From Amylibacter sp. (GTDB lineage Bacteria > Pseudomonadota > Alphaproteobacteria > Rhodobacterales > Rhodobacteraceae), in NCBI GenBank assembly GCA_965237555.1, contig OZ250147.1:1540331-1604330 (forward strand): DNA of 64,000 nt. The letters run 5' to 3'. Below, one piece after another: positions 10,220 to 20,573 of this stretch. Position 1 is the first letter of the stretch. Every line of letters starts with the position of its first letter. The notes below the pieces were generated by a model. It was not told the DNA's origin and searched no databases. It saw only the letters and a program-made list of their open reading frames with translations. The position numbers and the translations under genes were made by a program.

Positions 10220-12199
10220 ATGATCACTGAACTCGGGCATTTCGCAATTCTTCTGGCATTCAGCCTTTCACTGGTGCAGTTAAGCGTGCCGCTGTTCGGA
10301 GCGCAGAAAAACTGGACCGGATGGATGAAGTTGGCAAGCACAACGGCTGCCTTGCAATTCCTGCTGGTTGCCTTTGGCTTTGGCACGCTGACCTGGGCCT
10401 TTGTTACCTCTGATTTTTCCGTACAATTGGTGGTGTCCCATTCGCACTCCCTGAAGCCGATGCTCTATAAAGTCACCGGGGTTTGGGGCAATCACGAAGG
10501 GTCGATGCTGCTGTGGATTCTGATCCTGACTTTTTATGGCGCGTTGGTGGCATGGTTTGGCGGCAACCTGCCCGCAGCGCTCAAAGCCCGCGTCTTGGCT
10601 GTGCAATCGATGATTTCCGCTGCTTTTCTGGCTTTCCTGATTTTCACCTCAAACCCGTTTTTGCGTCTTGAACGGGTGCCGGTGGACGGCAATGACTTGA
10701 ATCCGTTACTGCAGGACCCTGGCCTCGCGTTTCACCCGCCGTTTCTTTATCTCGGCTACGTCGGTCTTTCGATGTCATTCAGCTTTGCGGTGGCAGCGTT
10801 GATTGAAGGTAGGGTCGACGCTGCTTGGGCCCGCTGGGTGCGTCCCTGGACTTTGTTGGCGTGGATCACCCTGACCATCGGCATCGCGCTGGGGTCCTGG
10901 TGGGCGTATTACGAACTCGGCTGGGGCGGCTGGTGGTTCTGGGACCCGGTGGAAAATGCCAGCTTCATGCCGTGGCTGATCGCTACCGCGCTGTTGCATT
11001 CTGCCATTGTGGTGGAAAAGCGGGATACGCTGAAAAGCTGGACCGTACTGCTGGCGATTTTAGCATTTTCCTTCTCTTTGATCGGCACGTTTATCGTGAG
11101 GTCCGGCGTGATCACGTCGGTTCATGCCTTCGCCAACGACCCGGAGCGCGGGGTGTTTATCCTTGCCATTCTGACGGTTGCCATCGGCGGGGCACTGACG
11201 TTGTTCGCGGCCCGCGCATCCACGCTGTCGACCAACTCAGCTTTCGGTTTCGTTAGCCGGGAGAGTGGGCTGGTGTTAAACAATCTGTTGTTGCTTGTGG
11301 CCGCCGCAGTGGTTTTTTGCGGCACCATCTGGCCTTTGGTGGCGGAGTTGACCACCGGGCGAAAACTGTCGGTGGGCGCGCCGTTTTTCGAGCTGGCATT
11401 CACGCCGTTTATGGTGATTTTGGCTATATTTCTGCCACTGGGTGCGATCCTGTCTTGGAAACGTGCACGGCTGCGCAAATCCATCAAATTCCTGCGTGGT
11501 CCGATCGCCCTGTCCCTTGCCATTGGTCTGTTGATCTGGAGCCTGCAAACCGGCGGGCGGATGCTGGCCCCTATTGGATTGGCACTGGCCGCGTGGATTG
11601 TAATGGGTAGCTTTGTGGATCTTGCAATACGGACCCGATTTGGTGCAGTACCAATCGGCGAAACCCTCCGCCGTCTTCGCAATTTGCCGCGCTCTGATTG
11701 GGGCAAATCGGTGGCCCACGCCGGTTTGGGCCTGACAATATTCGGCATTGCTGCGGTGACCGCCTGGGAGCAGGAAGATATCCGAGTCGCCAAATTTGGG
11801 GATAGCTTTACAGTTGGCGGGTATGAGTTTCAGTTCAATGGTGTAAACCGCCTGCAGGGTAAAAATTATTCGGTTGATCAGGGGGATTTCACCGCGTTTC
11901 GCAACAACAAGGTTGTTGCAAACCTTTACCCCGAAAAACGCTTTTACCCGGTGCAGCGGATGTCGACCACCGAAGCCGCCATCGACATCCGTCTGAGCCG
12001 CGATCTTTATCTGGTGCTGGGTGATCGGCAGGAAGACGGGTCCTGGGCAGTGCGCACCTATATCAAACCGTTTTCCAATTGGATTTGGCTTGGCGCAATT
12101 GTGATGGCGTTTGGCGGATTGCTGAGCCTGACCGATCGGCGTTATCGGGTGGCTGCGACTGCACGGGCTAAGCCGCACGATGCGGTTGCGGCGGAGTAG
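10220..12199 (+). CDS. ccmF: Heme lyase CcmF/NrfE family subunit
   Basis: WGNHEGSMLLW, HPPFLYLGYVG and WAYYELGWGGWWFWDPVENAS (WWD motif). Confidence 0.98.
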   Translation: MITELGHFAILLAFSLSLVQLSVPLFGAQKNWTGWMKLASTTAALQFLLVAFGFGTLTWAFVTSDFSVQLVVSHSHSLKPMLYKVTGVWGNHEGSMLLWILILTFYGALVAWFGGNLPAALKARVLAVQSMISAAFLAFLIFTSNPFLRLERVPVDGNDLNPLLQDPGLAFHPPFLYLGYVGLSMSFSFAVAALIEGRVDAAWARWVRPWTLLAWITLTIGIALGSWWAYYELGWGGWWFWDPVENASFMPWLIATALLHSAIVVEKRDTLKSWTVLLAILAFSFSLIGTFIVRSGVITSVHAFANDPERGVFILAILTVAIGGALTLFAARASTLSTNSAFGFVSRESGLVLNNLLLLVAAAVVFCGTIWPLVAELTTGRKLSVGAPFFELAFTPFMVILAIFLPLGAILSWKRARLRKSIKFLRGPIALSLAIGLLIWSLQTGGRMLAPIGLALAAWIVMGSFVDLAIRTRFGAVPIGETLRRLRNLPRSDWGKSVAHAGLGLTIFGIAAVTAWEQEDIRVAKFGDSFTVGGYEFQFNGVNRLQGKNYSVDQGDFTAFRNNKVVANLYPEKRFYPVQRMSTTEAAIDIRLSRDLYLVLGDRQEDGSWAVRTYIKPFSNWIWLGAIVMAFGGLLSLTDRRYRVAATARAKPHDAVAAE

Positions 12200-12203
12200 G
12201 GCC

Positions 12204-12647
12204 ATGAAGCGGTTGATGTTTCTATTGATGTTAATGGCTACGCCTGTGTACGCAGTAGAACCCGACGAAATCCTCGCTGATCCAGTACTAGAAGCCCGCG
12301 CCCGCAGTATTTCCAAGGAATTGCGCTGCCTGGTCTGCCGCAACGAAAATATTGACAGCTCAAATGCCGGTATTGCCAAAGACCTGCGGTTGTTGGTGCG
12401 CGAGCGGCTGGTCGAAGGCGACAGCAACGCCGAAGCAATTGGTTATATCGTTGACCGATATGGCGAGTTTGTGTTGCTGAAACCGCGATTCAGCCTGTCA
12501 AACGCAGTGCTTTGGGCGATCGGGCCGCTGATGCTGATTGTCGGAGCCTGCATCGCAATTGTATTCATCCGCCGCCGTCCAAAAACCGTGCCCGATGGAT
12601 TGAGCGCGGCCGAGCAAAAGCGCTTGGACGAGCTGATGGAAGAGTGA
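12204..12647 (+). CDS. ccmH: Cytochrome c-type biogenesis protein CcmH
   Basis: Signal peptide, LRCLVCRNENI (CxxC), RYGEFVLLKP and a C-terminal TM. Confidence 0.95.
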   Translation: MKRLMFLLMLMATPVYAVEPDEILADPVLEARARSISKELRCLVCRNENIDSSNAGIAKDLRLLVRERLVEGDSNAEAIGYIVDRYGEFVLLKPRFSLSNAVLWAIGPLMLIVGACIAIVFIRRRPKTVPDGLSAAEQKRLDELMEE

Positions 12648-12716
12648 CGCCGCGTTTGGCCTTTTCAATTCCGTCGGCGTTTCTATGGTGTGCGCAACAA
12701 TCAGGAGCCATTCCAA

Positions 12717-13493
12717 ATGCAATATGAAACCATCCTTTATGCGCTGGAAAACGACGTCGCCACATTAACAATGAACCGCCCCGAAGTGATGAACGGGCTG
12801 AACTCGCAAATGCGTGCTGAATTATTCCATGCGGTCAAACGGGCCGAAGGCGAAGCCCGGGCGCTGGTTTTGACAGGTGAAGGCAAGGCGTTTTGTTCCG
12901 GGCAGGATCTGGGCGCTGCCAAAAATGTGTCTGAAATTGATCTGGAAGGAACACTGCGGGATGAATACGAGCCGCTGCTTCGGGCGATCTTCGACAGCCG
13001 CATCCCAACTGTCGCAGCCGTAAATGGCGCGGCAGCCGGTGCAGGTGCCAACCTCGCGTTGGCCTGCGATATCGTAATAGCGGCAGAATCTGCGATTTTT
13101 CTGCAAGCGTTTTCGCGCATCGGCCTGATTCCGGATGCAGGCGGCACCTATTGGCTGCCACGCCAAGTGGGTTTTGCCCGCGCCATGGGCACGGCGCTGT
13201 TTGCCGAGCCGGTCTCTGCCCGACAGGCGGCCGATTGGGGGATGATCTGGGAGGCGGTGCCGGACGCTGTTTTTCAAAACAAGATTTCCGACCGCACTGC
13301 GCAACTGGCCAAGGGTCCAACCGAAGGTTACCGGCTGGCAAAGAAAGCTCTGCGCATGAGTTTTGACCAGAATCTGGAACAGCAGCTGGAAACCGAAGCG
13401 CACTTGCAAGGCCGAGCCGGGCGGACCTATGACTTCAAAGAAGGGGTTATGGCGTTTCTGGAGAAGCGTGAGGCGAAGTACGAAGGGCGGTAA
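12717..13493 (+). CDS. Enoyl-CoA hydratase/isomerase (PaaG-like)
   Basis: AFCSGQDL, AVNGAAAGAGANLALACD and IGLIPDAGGT motifs. Confidence 0.92.
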   Translation: MQYETILYALENDVATLTMNRPEVMNGLNSQMRAELFHAVKRAEGEARALVLTGEGKAFCSGQDLGAAKNVSEIDLEGTLRDEYEPLLRAIFDSRIPTVAAVNGAAAGAGANLALACDIVIAAESAIFLQAFSRIGLIPDAGGTYWLPRQVGFARAMGTALFAEPVSARQAADWGMIWEAVPDAVFQNKISDRTAQLAKGPTEGYRLAKKALRMSFDQNLEQQLETEAHLQGRAGRTYDFKEGVMAFLEKREAKYEGR

Positions 13494-13652
13494 GGGAATT
13501 CTTAGTATTCGTTCAATAAGTCGGCCAACTATTGCAAAATTGTTCGATGGGAACCGCCGCCACATATGTGTTGCGTTCATATCGCAAGGCGAAACTTGAC
13601 GCATCCAACATCAGCAATAGACTCCATGACATCAATTTGGAGGATAAACTCA

Positions 13653-14429
13653 ATGTTCACACGTCGCAATTTTATACAAACTACGGCTGCTGCCGGGTCG
13701 ATCACAGTCTTTCCGTATATCTCCACGGCTGATGGTCATACGATGAGTTTCGGTAATGGCGCTGTCAAAGTTATCCCGGTTTCTCACGCCTCGGTTGTGA
13801 TGGAAACTTCGATGGGTGTGATCTACTCCGACCCGGTTGGCGACCCCGCGCAATACGCAGACCTGCCACCCGCAGATCTGGTGATGATAACGCATCACCA
13901 CGGCGACCACCTGAACAACGATACATTGGCCGCCGTACTGGGTGAGAAGACTACGCTGATCTCCAACAAAGGCGCGCAGGAAAAGATGGCAGATGACCTC
14001 GCTGCCCGTGCGGAAGTCATCGGCAACGGTGAGACCACCAGCTTTGGAGACATCGGGATCGAGGCGATTGCTGCCTATAACACAACGGAAGACCGACTTA
14101 AATTCCACCCAGAAGGGCGCGACAACGGGTATGTGATGAATATCGGCGACACTCGGGTGTACCTGTCTGCAGATACCGAAGATGTGCCAGAGATGCGTGC
14201 GCTCAAAGACATCGATGTCGCCTTTTTGTGCATGAATTTGCCGTTCACAATGGACATCGAGGCAGCAGCCAGTGCAGTGGCAGAGTTTAAACCCTCGGTT
14301 GTCATTCCCTACCACTATCGCGGCAAAGATGGTGGCAGCCAGGACCCTAAAGCCTTCGCGGCCTTGCTTGATGGCGCAATCCAAGTTGAGCTTGGCGACT
14401 GGTATGGCAAGGGCAAGGGGATGGTCTAA
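13653..14429 (+). CDS. Tat-exported MBL-fold metallo-hydrolase
   Basis: GGAGG RBS, TRRNFI twin-arginine signal, ITHHHGDH metal motif and SADTE. Confidence 0.9.
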   Translation: MFTRRNFIQTTAAAGSITVFPYISTADGHTMSFGNGAVKVIPVSHASVVMETSMGVIYSDPVGDPAQYADLPPADLVMITHHHGDHLNNDTLAAVLGEKTTLISNKGAQEKMADDLAARAEVIGNGETTSFGDIGIEAIAAYNTTEDRLKFHPEGRDNGYVMNIGDTRVYLSADTEDVPEMRALKDIDVAFLCMNLPFTMDIEAAASAVAEFKPSVVIPYHYRGKDGGSQDPKAFAALLDGAIQVELGDWYGKGKGMV

Positions 14430-14518
14430 GAGGTATTCTGAGTTTCATTGATACTTGAGTGCTCGGAGGGAAACTGCTGACCTTTAATCTTGTTGCTTTT
14501 CTTATTCTATCCCCCGTC

Positions 14519-14550
14519 AAAAAAAGGGCCGCGCATTAGGCGGCCCTTTT
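14519..14550. terminator. Bidirectional terminator between MBL gene and gltA
   Basis: AAAAGGGCCGC-GCATTAG-GCGGCCCTTTT between convergent genes. Confidence 0.88.
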
Positions 14551-14569
14551 CAATATGTTTTTCAATATA

Positions 14570-15865
14570 TTAGCGTTGTTCCACGTCTATATAATCTCGG
14601 TTCACTTCGCCAGTGTACAACTGCCGCGGGCGGCCGATTTTTACGTTGCCTTCGTCGATCATTTCTTTCCACTGGGAAATCCAGCCGACGGTGCGGCTGA
14701 CTGCAAAGATCGGGGTGAACATCGAGGTTGGGAAACCCATCGCTTCGAGGATGATGCCGGAATAGAAATCGACGTTCGGGAACAGTTTCTTGGAGGCGAA
14801 ATATTCATCTTCCAGCGCGATCCGTTCCAGTTCTTTGGCGACCTGCAGTTTCGGGTTGTTTTCGATGCCCAGCAGGCTCAGCACCTCGTCGGCGCTGTTT
14901 TTCAACACGGTCGCGCGTGGATCGAAATTTTTGTAGACCCGGTGGCCAAATCCCATCAGGCGGAACGAGTCATCTTTGTCTTTTGCTCGCGCGATGAATT
15001 CCGGAATTCGGTCCACAGTACCGATTTCTTCCAGCATTTCCAGACAGGCCTGATTGGCGCCACCATGCGCCGGACCCCACAAACACGCAATCCCGGCTGC
15101 GATACAGGCGAACGGGTTTGCTCCGGACGACCCCGCCAGACGCACGGTCGAAGTAGAGGCGTTCTGCTCGTGGTCCGCATGCAGGGTGAAGATCCGGTCC
15201 ATGGCGCGGCTGAGGATCGGGTTAACCTCGTAATCCTCTGCCGGGACCGCAAAACACATGCGCAGGAAATTAGACGCGTAATCCAGATCGTTGCGTGGAA
15301 ACACAAACGGCTGGCCGACGTGATATTTAAATGCATAGGCAGCAATTGTCGGCAGTTTGGCGATCATCCGGATCGACGCCACTTCGCGTTGCCAGGCATC
15401 GTGGATATCGAGCGAGTCATGGTAAAACGCAGACAGCGCCCCAACAACGCCGGTCATGATCGCCATCGGATGGGCGTCGCGCCGGAACCCGCGGAAGAAA
15501 TTCATCATCTGCTCGTGCAACATGGTGTGGTTGGTCACGCGGCTCTCAAAATCTTCCAACTGATCCGCCGAAGGCAGCTCACCATATAGCAACAGGTAGC
15601 ACACTTCCAGATAATGCGATTTTTCAGCCAGCTGGTCGATCGGATAGCCACGGTGCAGCAGTTCGCCTTTGTCGCCATCAATAAAGGTGATCTTGGATTC
15701 GCAGGCTGCGGTCGAGGTAAAGCCGGGATCAAAGGTGAAAACCTTGCCCTGACCATAAAGTTTCGCGACGTCGATAACATCCGGCCCAAGAGTCGGCGAG
15801 AGCATCGGCAGTTCCAGTGATTGCCCGTCAAATTCCAGTTTTGCTGTACGTTGGCTGTCCTTCAT
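14570..15865 (-). CDS. gltA: Citrate synthase (type II)
   Basis: [36 protein letters not shown] and NVDFYSG motifs. Confidence 0.98.
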   Translation of the reverse strand: MKDSQRTAKLEFDGQSLELPMLSPTLGPDVIDVAKLYGQGKVFTFDPGFTSTAACESKITFIDGDKGELLHRGYPIDQLAEKSHYLEVCYLLLYGELPSADQLEDFESRVTNHTMLHEQMMNFFRGFRRDAHPMAIMTGVVGALSAFYHDSLDIHDAWQREVASIRMIAKLPTIAAYAFKYHVGQPFVFPRNDLDYASNFLRMCFAVPAEDYEVNPILSRAMDRIFTLHADHEQNASTSTVRLAGSSGANPFACIAAGIACLWGPAHGGANQACLEMLEEIGTVDRIPEFIARAKDKDDSFRLMGFGHRVYKNFDPRATVLKNSADEVLSLLGIENNPKLQVAKELERIALEDEYFASKKLFPNVDFYSGIILEAMGFPTSMFTPIFAVSRTVGWISQWKEMIDEGNVKIGRPRQLYTGEVNRDYIDVEQR

Positions 15866-15990
15866 TCGATACCTCTTTCCTGTTCGCAGGGTTTGCCCCT
15901 GACATGTTTCGTGGGCGACTGGCGCTTTACGCCCCGCCGGCAAGGCTGCCGGTGCCCGGAGAATTCGCCGCTGTAGACTTGCAACGTTAC

Positions 15991-17391
15991 TTAGGTCGCG
16001 TCTTGCAGCCGGCCAATCGTTTCGTCTTTGCCCAATGCAACCATCATCTCGAAAACGGACGGAGACACCGTGCGACCGGTCAGTGCTGCACGCAAAGGTT
16101 GCGCGATCTGACCCAGTTTGAGGTTTTTGGTCACTGCGAAACCTCGCAGGCAGTCCTCCAACCCTTCAAGGGACCAGCTAACATTTTGCAGCTGTGGGGT
16201 CAATTGCGACAGCATACCACGGGATACCGTATCCAGGTTTTTTGCGGCGGCTTCATTGGGTGTGAACGGTCGGCTGCCGAGAATAAAATGCGCTTTTTCA
16301 AGGATATCGGGCAATTTCTTTGACCGGTCTTTCAAAATTGGCATCTGAGCCAGCAGATTTTCTCGTTGTAATTGCGTCAATTCGGGTTGGCCGGTTGAGT
16401 CCAGAAACCGGTCAATGTTGTTCACAAGGTCCTGATCGGCAGCCCGTTGGATGTGGAACGCGCTGACATTATCGAGCTTCTTGAAATCAAGCCGCGCCGG
16501 AGCTTTGCCGATGCCTTTGAAATCAAACCATTCAATTGCCTGTTCGGTGCTGAACAGTTCGTCGTTTCCGTGGGCCCAGCCAAGCCGCGCCAGATAATTG
16601 CGCAGGGCGGCAGGCAAATAGCCCATATCGCGGTATTCTTCGATCCCCAGTGCGCCGTGGCGTTTGCTGAGCTTCTTGCCGTCTTCGCCGTGAATCAGCG
16701 GAATATGGGCAAAAACCGGCACATCCCATCCCATCGCGCGGTAAATCAGGCTCTGGCGTCCAGCGTTGATCAAATGGTCGTCGCCGCGAATAATATGGGT
16801 GACGCCCATATCGTGGTCATCGACAACAACGGCGAGCATGTATGTCGGAGTTCCGTCCGAGCGCAGCATAACCAGATCGTCGAGTGTTTCGGATTTCCAC
16901 TTAACCTCTTTTTGAACCTTGTCTTTGATGCGCACCTCGCCCTCTCGCGGCGCTTTCAGGCGCACAACAAAGGGCGCGTCTGGTGCCGTCGCAGGATCAG
17001 CGTCCCGCCATGGGCTTTGGAACAGGGTCGGCAATCCGGCAGTGCGGGCGGTTTCTCGGAAGGCGTTGATTTCTTCTTTGGTGGAATAGCATTTATAGGC
17101 GCAGCCGTTGTCGAGCATCTCCTGCGCCACTTCGGCATGTCGCTCGCGGCGTTCAAACTGGCTGACCGCCTTGCCGTCCCAATTCAACCCCAGCCATTCC
17201 AACCCGGTAAAAATTGCCGTTGTTGCCTCAGGTGTCGAACGTTCGCGGTCTGTGTCTTCGATGCGGAGCAGAAATTTGCCGCCGTTTGCGCGTGCATAAA
17301 GCCAGTTGAACAGCGCGGTGCGAGCGCCGCCGATATGCAGGTATCCGGTGGGCGACGGGGCAAAACGGGTGATGACTTGCTGCTCTGACAT
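15991..17391 (-). CDS. gltX: Glutamate--tRNA ligase
   Basis: [17 protein letters not shown] (HIGH) and KKLSKRHG (KMSKS) motifs. Confidence 0.97.
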   Translation of the reverse strand: MSEQQVITRFAPSPTGYLHIGGARTALFNWLYARANGGKFLLRIEDTDRERSTPEATTAIFTGLEWLGLNWDGKAVSQFERRERHAEVAQEMLDNGCAYKCYSTKEEINAFRETARTAGLPTLFQSPWRDADPATAPDAPFVVRLKAPREGEVRIKDKVQKEVKWKSETLDDLVMLRSDGTPTYMLAVVVDDHDMGVTHIIRGDDHLINAGRQSLIYRAMGWDVPVFAHIPLIHGEDGKKLSKRHGALGIEEYRDMGYLPAALRNYLARLGWAHGNDELFSTEQAIEWFDFKGIGKAPARLDFKKLDNVSAFHIQRAADQDLVNNIDRFLDSTGQPELTQLQRENLLAQMPILKDRSKKLPDILEKAHFILGSRPFTPNEAAAKNLDTVSRGMLSQLTPQLQNVSWSLEGLEDCLRGFAVTKNLKLGQIAQPLRAALTGRTVSPSVFEMMVALGKDETIGRLQDAT

Positions 17392-17475
17392 GTGACGAGG
17401 TTAACCTTCTGGAAACCATGTTGAAGATAGGCTTGCGCCGACTTTTAGGCACAACCGGAGGCAAGGACAAGACAG

Positions 17476-19527
17476 GTGATCGCAGCCCGGTTGACAGAGA
17501 TGTTTTTCGCCCAGCGGGCACGGTATTTTTGCTGGGTCCCGGTGTGGCTGGCTGGTGGCATCGGGGTGTATTTTTCTCTGCGGTTTGAACCTTCATCTGT
17601 GCATGTGATTTGGGCGGTCACCGTGCTTGCTGCCTGCTTGTTTCAAATTTTGTTCCTTCAGTCGATTTGGCGGGCATTGTTTTGGGTACCTCTGTTGGTC
17701 TCGATCGGTTTTTTGACTGCCAATCTGCGTGCCAAACTGGTTGCCGAACCAAAGCTTGGCTGGCATTTTTACGGCGCTGTAGAAGGCACGGTTACACATC
17801 TGGATCGTTCTGCCAGCAACCGGTTGCGTGTAACTTTGGTTGATCCGGTGCTGGAACGTACGCCGCTTTGGCGCACGCCATCGAAATTGCGGATATCACT
17901 GCATTCCGATTTGGCATCCACCGCGCTGGTGCCGGGTGCGCGGGTGATGCTGACGGCAAGCCTGTCGCCACCGGCAGGCCCGGTGGAACCGGGCGGGTTT
18001 GATTTTCAACGCAAGGCTTGGTTTGTTGGGCTCGGCGCAACTGGCTATACACGCACACCGGTGGTTCTGGCGGAACCGGCGCTTAGAAACGGTTTTTCGT
18101 TGCGCCTGTTCGCGCTGCGGATGAACATTGCCAATGCTGTTCGGGCGCAACTTCCAGGACAACGCGGAGCCTTTGCCGCTGCGATTGTGACCGGTGATCG
18201 TTCTGCCATTGATCCAACGATGATGAGGGATTTACGTCGTTCCAACCTGGCGCATTTGCTGGCGATTTCAGGGCTGCATATGGGGCTGTTGACCGGGATT
18301 ATATTTACCGCCATCCGCTATTCGCTGGCTTTGGTACCCTGGTTGGTGATGCGTTTACCGGCCAAAAAAATCGCAGCCATGGCAGCACTCGCCGCCGGGC
18401 TGGCCTATTTGCTGATATCGGGTGCCAATATCGCCACACAACGGGCTTTTGTTATGGTTGCCGTGATGTTCATCGCGGTCTTGCTGGACCGCCCAGCCAT
18501 CACATTGCGCGCGGTTGCGATTGCCGCGATCCTGATCCTGTTGTGGCGGCCGGAAAGCCTGACCGGGCCGGGGTTTCAGATGTCTTTTGCGGCAACCACT
18601 GCTTTGGTGGCCACTTTTGAACAATTGAAACGCACCGCGTGGTGGTGGCAGCCAAAATCCACTGGTACCCGAATGCTGCGGGGCGTGGCGGCGCTGGTGG
18701 TGTCTTCCTCGGTAGCCGGTCTGGCAACAGCGCCGATTTCAGCATTTCATTTCAACCAGATCGCCCAATATGGGTTGTTGGCCAACCTTGCCTCGGTTCC
18801 GATGATGGGATTTGTTGTCATGCCGGCAGCGGTGCTGTCCGGTGTATTGAGCCTGATTGGGTTACATGGCATGTCACTTGCGGTCATGGGTTTTGGCATC
18901 AACTGGATATTGGGCGTCGCGTCTTTGGTGGCAGGGCTCGAAGGCGCGGTGATCCGTATTCCATCGGCACCGACCCCCGTTTTGGCTGTTCTTGGCTTTG
19001 GCGCAGTTTTTCTGATTCTCTGGAAGGGCCGGCTGCGTGTGGTCGGGCTCGCCATTGCCGTGGTGGCCTTCGTGCTGTGGTCCGGTGTCGAGCGGCCGGA
19101 GTTGCTGGTCACCGACAACGGCAGATTGGTTGGATTGCAGATGGACGGCGGCAGGGCATTGAATCGGGCCAAAGGCAACGGTTTTGCCGCACGGTCCTGG
19201 TTGGAAAATGACGGTGATTGGGCGTCGCAGAGCATTGCCGCGAGTCGCCGGGCGTTTGGCCGGGACAACTGGGTCGTTACGCTGGGGGCGCAGAAAATTG
19301 GCTATATCTGGGACAAGAAGGCGGGTCTTGGCCTTTTGCAACAACGCTGTGCGCAAGTGGACGTGCTGATTGCGCCGAATTTGATGGGTGATCTGACGGG
19401 TGGATGCACCTCGATATCGCAAAAGCGGCTGCGCAAAGAGGGAGCATTCGCCCTACGCGTGACCAAGGCGGGACTTGAGATTGAAAGCGCTGCAGAGCGT
19501 ACCGGAAAACGCCTTTGGAATGAATGA
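17476..19527 (+). CDS. comEC: ComEC/Rec2 competence membrane channel
   Basis: DUF4131-like N-terminus with PGGFDFQR, HLLAISGLHMGL and GFQMSFAA; many TMs. Confidence 0.93.
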   Translation: MIAARLTEMFFAQRARYFCWVPVWLAGGIGVYFSLRFEPSSVHVIWAVTVLAACLFQILFLQSIWRALFWVPLLVSIGFLTANLRAKLVAEPKLGWHFYGAVEGTVTHLDRSASNRLRVTLVDPVLERTPLWRTPSKLRISLHSDLASTALVPGARVMLTASLSPPAGPVEPGGFDFQRKAWFVGLGATGYTRTPVVLAEPALRNGFSLRLFALRMNIANAVRAQLPGQRGAFAAAIVTGDRSAIDPTMMRDLRRSNLAHLLAISGLHMGLLTGIIFTAIRYSLALVPWLVMRLPAKKIAAMAALAAGLAYLLISGANIATQRAFVMVAVMFIAVLLDRPAITLRAVAIAAILILLWRPESLTGPGFQMSFAATTALVATFEQLKRTAWWWQPKSTGTRMLRGVAALVVSSSVAGLATAPISAFHFNQIAQYGLLANLASVPMMGFVVMPAAVLSGVLSLIGLHGMSLAVMGFGINWILGVASLVAGLEGAVIRIPSAPTPVLAVLGFGAVFLILWKGRLRVVGLAIAVVAFVLWSGVERPELLVTDNGRLVGLQMDGGRALNRAKGNGFAARSWLENDGDWASQSIAASRRAFGRDNWVVTLGAQKIGYIWDKKAGLGLLQQRCAQVDVLIAPNLMGDLTGGCTSISQKRLRKEGAFALRVTKAGLEIESAAERTGKRLWNE

Positions 19528-19629
19528 ATTCGCGCGGTTCGCAAACAGAAACGCGGACCATCAAAAGGGTCAGTGCGACGAAAGTTGTGCCAACACGTAA
19601 ACTGAGTGCTCAGATCATCCCAAAACGCC

Positions 19630-19748
19630 TTAAAGCGTTTCTACATTAACTTGAGACAAGTTGATGTAGAAATCGCCGGTCTATGATGCTGATAACGTGG
19701 CAGTTTCGAGTTACACTTGTGATTCAAGAAAAAATCGAAACTCTCTAG
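19630..19748. repeat. Two-hairpin intergenic repeat (CIR/Bru-RS-like), copy 1
   Basis: TTAAAGCG-TTTCTACATTAACTTG-AGA-CAAGTTGATGTAGAAA-TCGCCGGTCTA...GTTTCGAGTTACACTTG-TGATT-CAAGAAAAAATCGAAAC-TCTCTAG; same ends, spacer and loop as the copies at 26358 and 58699. Confidence 0.75.
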
Positions 19749-20437
19749 TAGGTGCGAATCAAGCCAACCAGTTTGCCTTGTACCTTAACTTGATCGTCGC
19801 GGTAAACACGGGTTTCATACGCCGGATTAGCAGCCTCCAGCGCCACGGCAGAACCGCGTTTGCGCAAACGTTTCAGCGTGGCTTCCTGTTCTTCGACCAA
19901 AGCCACAACGATATCGCCATTTTCCGCGTCGGTCTGTTCGTGGATCACGACGACATCGCCGTCATTGATACCAGCGTCGATCATCGAGTCGCCTTTGACC
20001 TCCAGCGCGTAGTGACGACCGGCGTTGTGCAGCATGTCTGCGGGAACGGTGACGTTGTGGGTGGCGTTTTGGATCGCTTCAATCGGCGTACCAGCGGCAA
20101 TCCGGCCCATGATCGGCAAAGGCGCTGATTCCGAAGGTTCAACCTGCAGGGCGGCGCGCGGTGGTGTTGTGGCGCTGCCTTCGATCACGCGGGGCTGAAA
20201 ACCGGAGCTGCCACCGTCGATCGATTCCGGCAGGCGGATAATTTCAATGGCCCGGGCGCGATGGGCGAGGCGGCGAATGAATCCACGCTCTTCAAGCGCG
20301 GTAATCAGTCGGTGAATTCCGGATTTGGAGCGCAGGTCCAACGCCTCTTTCATTTCGTCAAACGACGGGGGAACCCCCTCTTTTTGCATCCGTTTGTGAA
20401 TAAACTGCAATAAATCGAGCTGTTTACGTGTCAGCAT
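19745..20437 (-). CDS. lexA: SOS repressor LexA
   Basis: [10 protein letters not shown]...PPSFDEMK wHTH, GRIAAG cleavage site, GDSMIDAGI (Ser) and ATLKR (Lys). Confidence 0.98.
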   Translation of the reverse strand: MLTRKQLDLLQFIHKRMQKEGVPPSFDEMKEALDLRSKSGIHRLITALEERGFIRRLAHRARAIEIIRLPESIDGGSSGFQPRVIEGSATTPPRAALQVEPSESAPLPIMGRIAAGTPIEAIQNATHNVTVPADMLHNAGRHYALEVKGDSMIDAGINDGDVVVIHEQTDAENGDIVVALVEEQEATLKRLRKRGSAVALEAANPAYETRVYRDDQVKVQGKLVGLIRTY

Positions 20438-20480
20438 GCCCTGCCTCCTGTGCCGATATGTATACCTTACGTACAGTATT

Positions 20481-20495
20481 GTTCTACATGTGTTC
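20481..20495. promoter_or_regulatory. Alphaproteobacterial SOS box upstream of lexA
   Basis: GTTC-TACATGT-GTTC matches GTTC-N7-GTTC exactly, 44 nt upstream of the lexA ATG. Confidence 0.9.
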
Positions 20496-20573
20496 CCGTT
20501 TTGTGTCAAAATATTTTTTGAAGAGTGATGAGGCCTTCCGCCGAGATATTTAGAGGAACAAAGAAATAAAGAG

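Noticed and set aside
17392-17475. CtrA box (TTAA-N7-TTAA) upstream of comEC; also checked upstream of the lysis genes (8431-8506)
   Set aside because: Only half-sites found.
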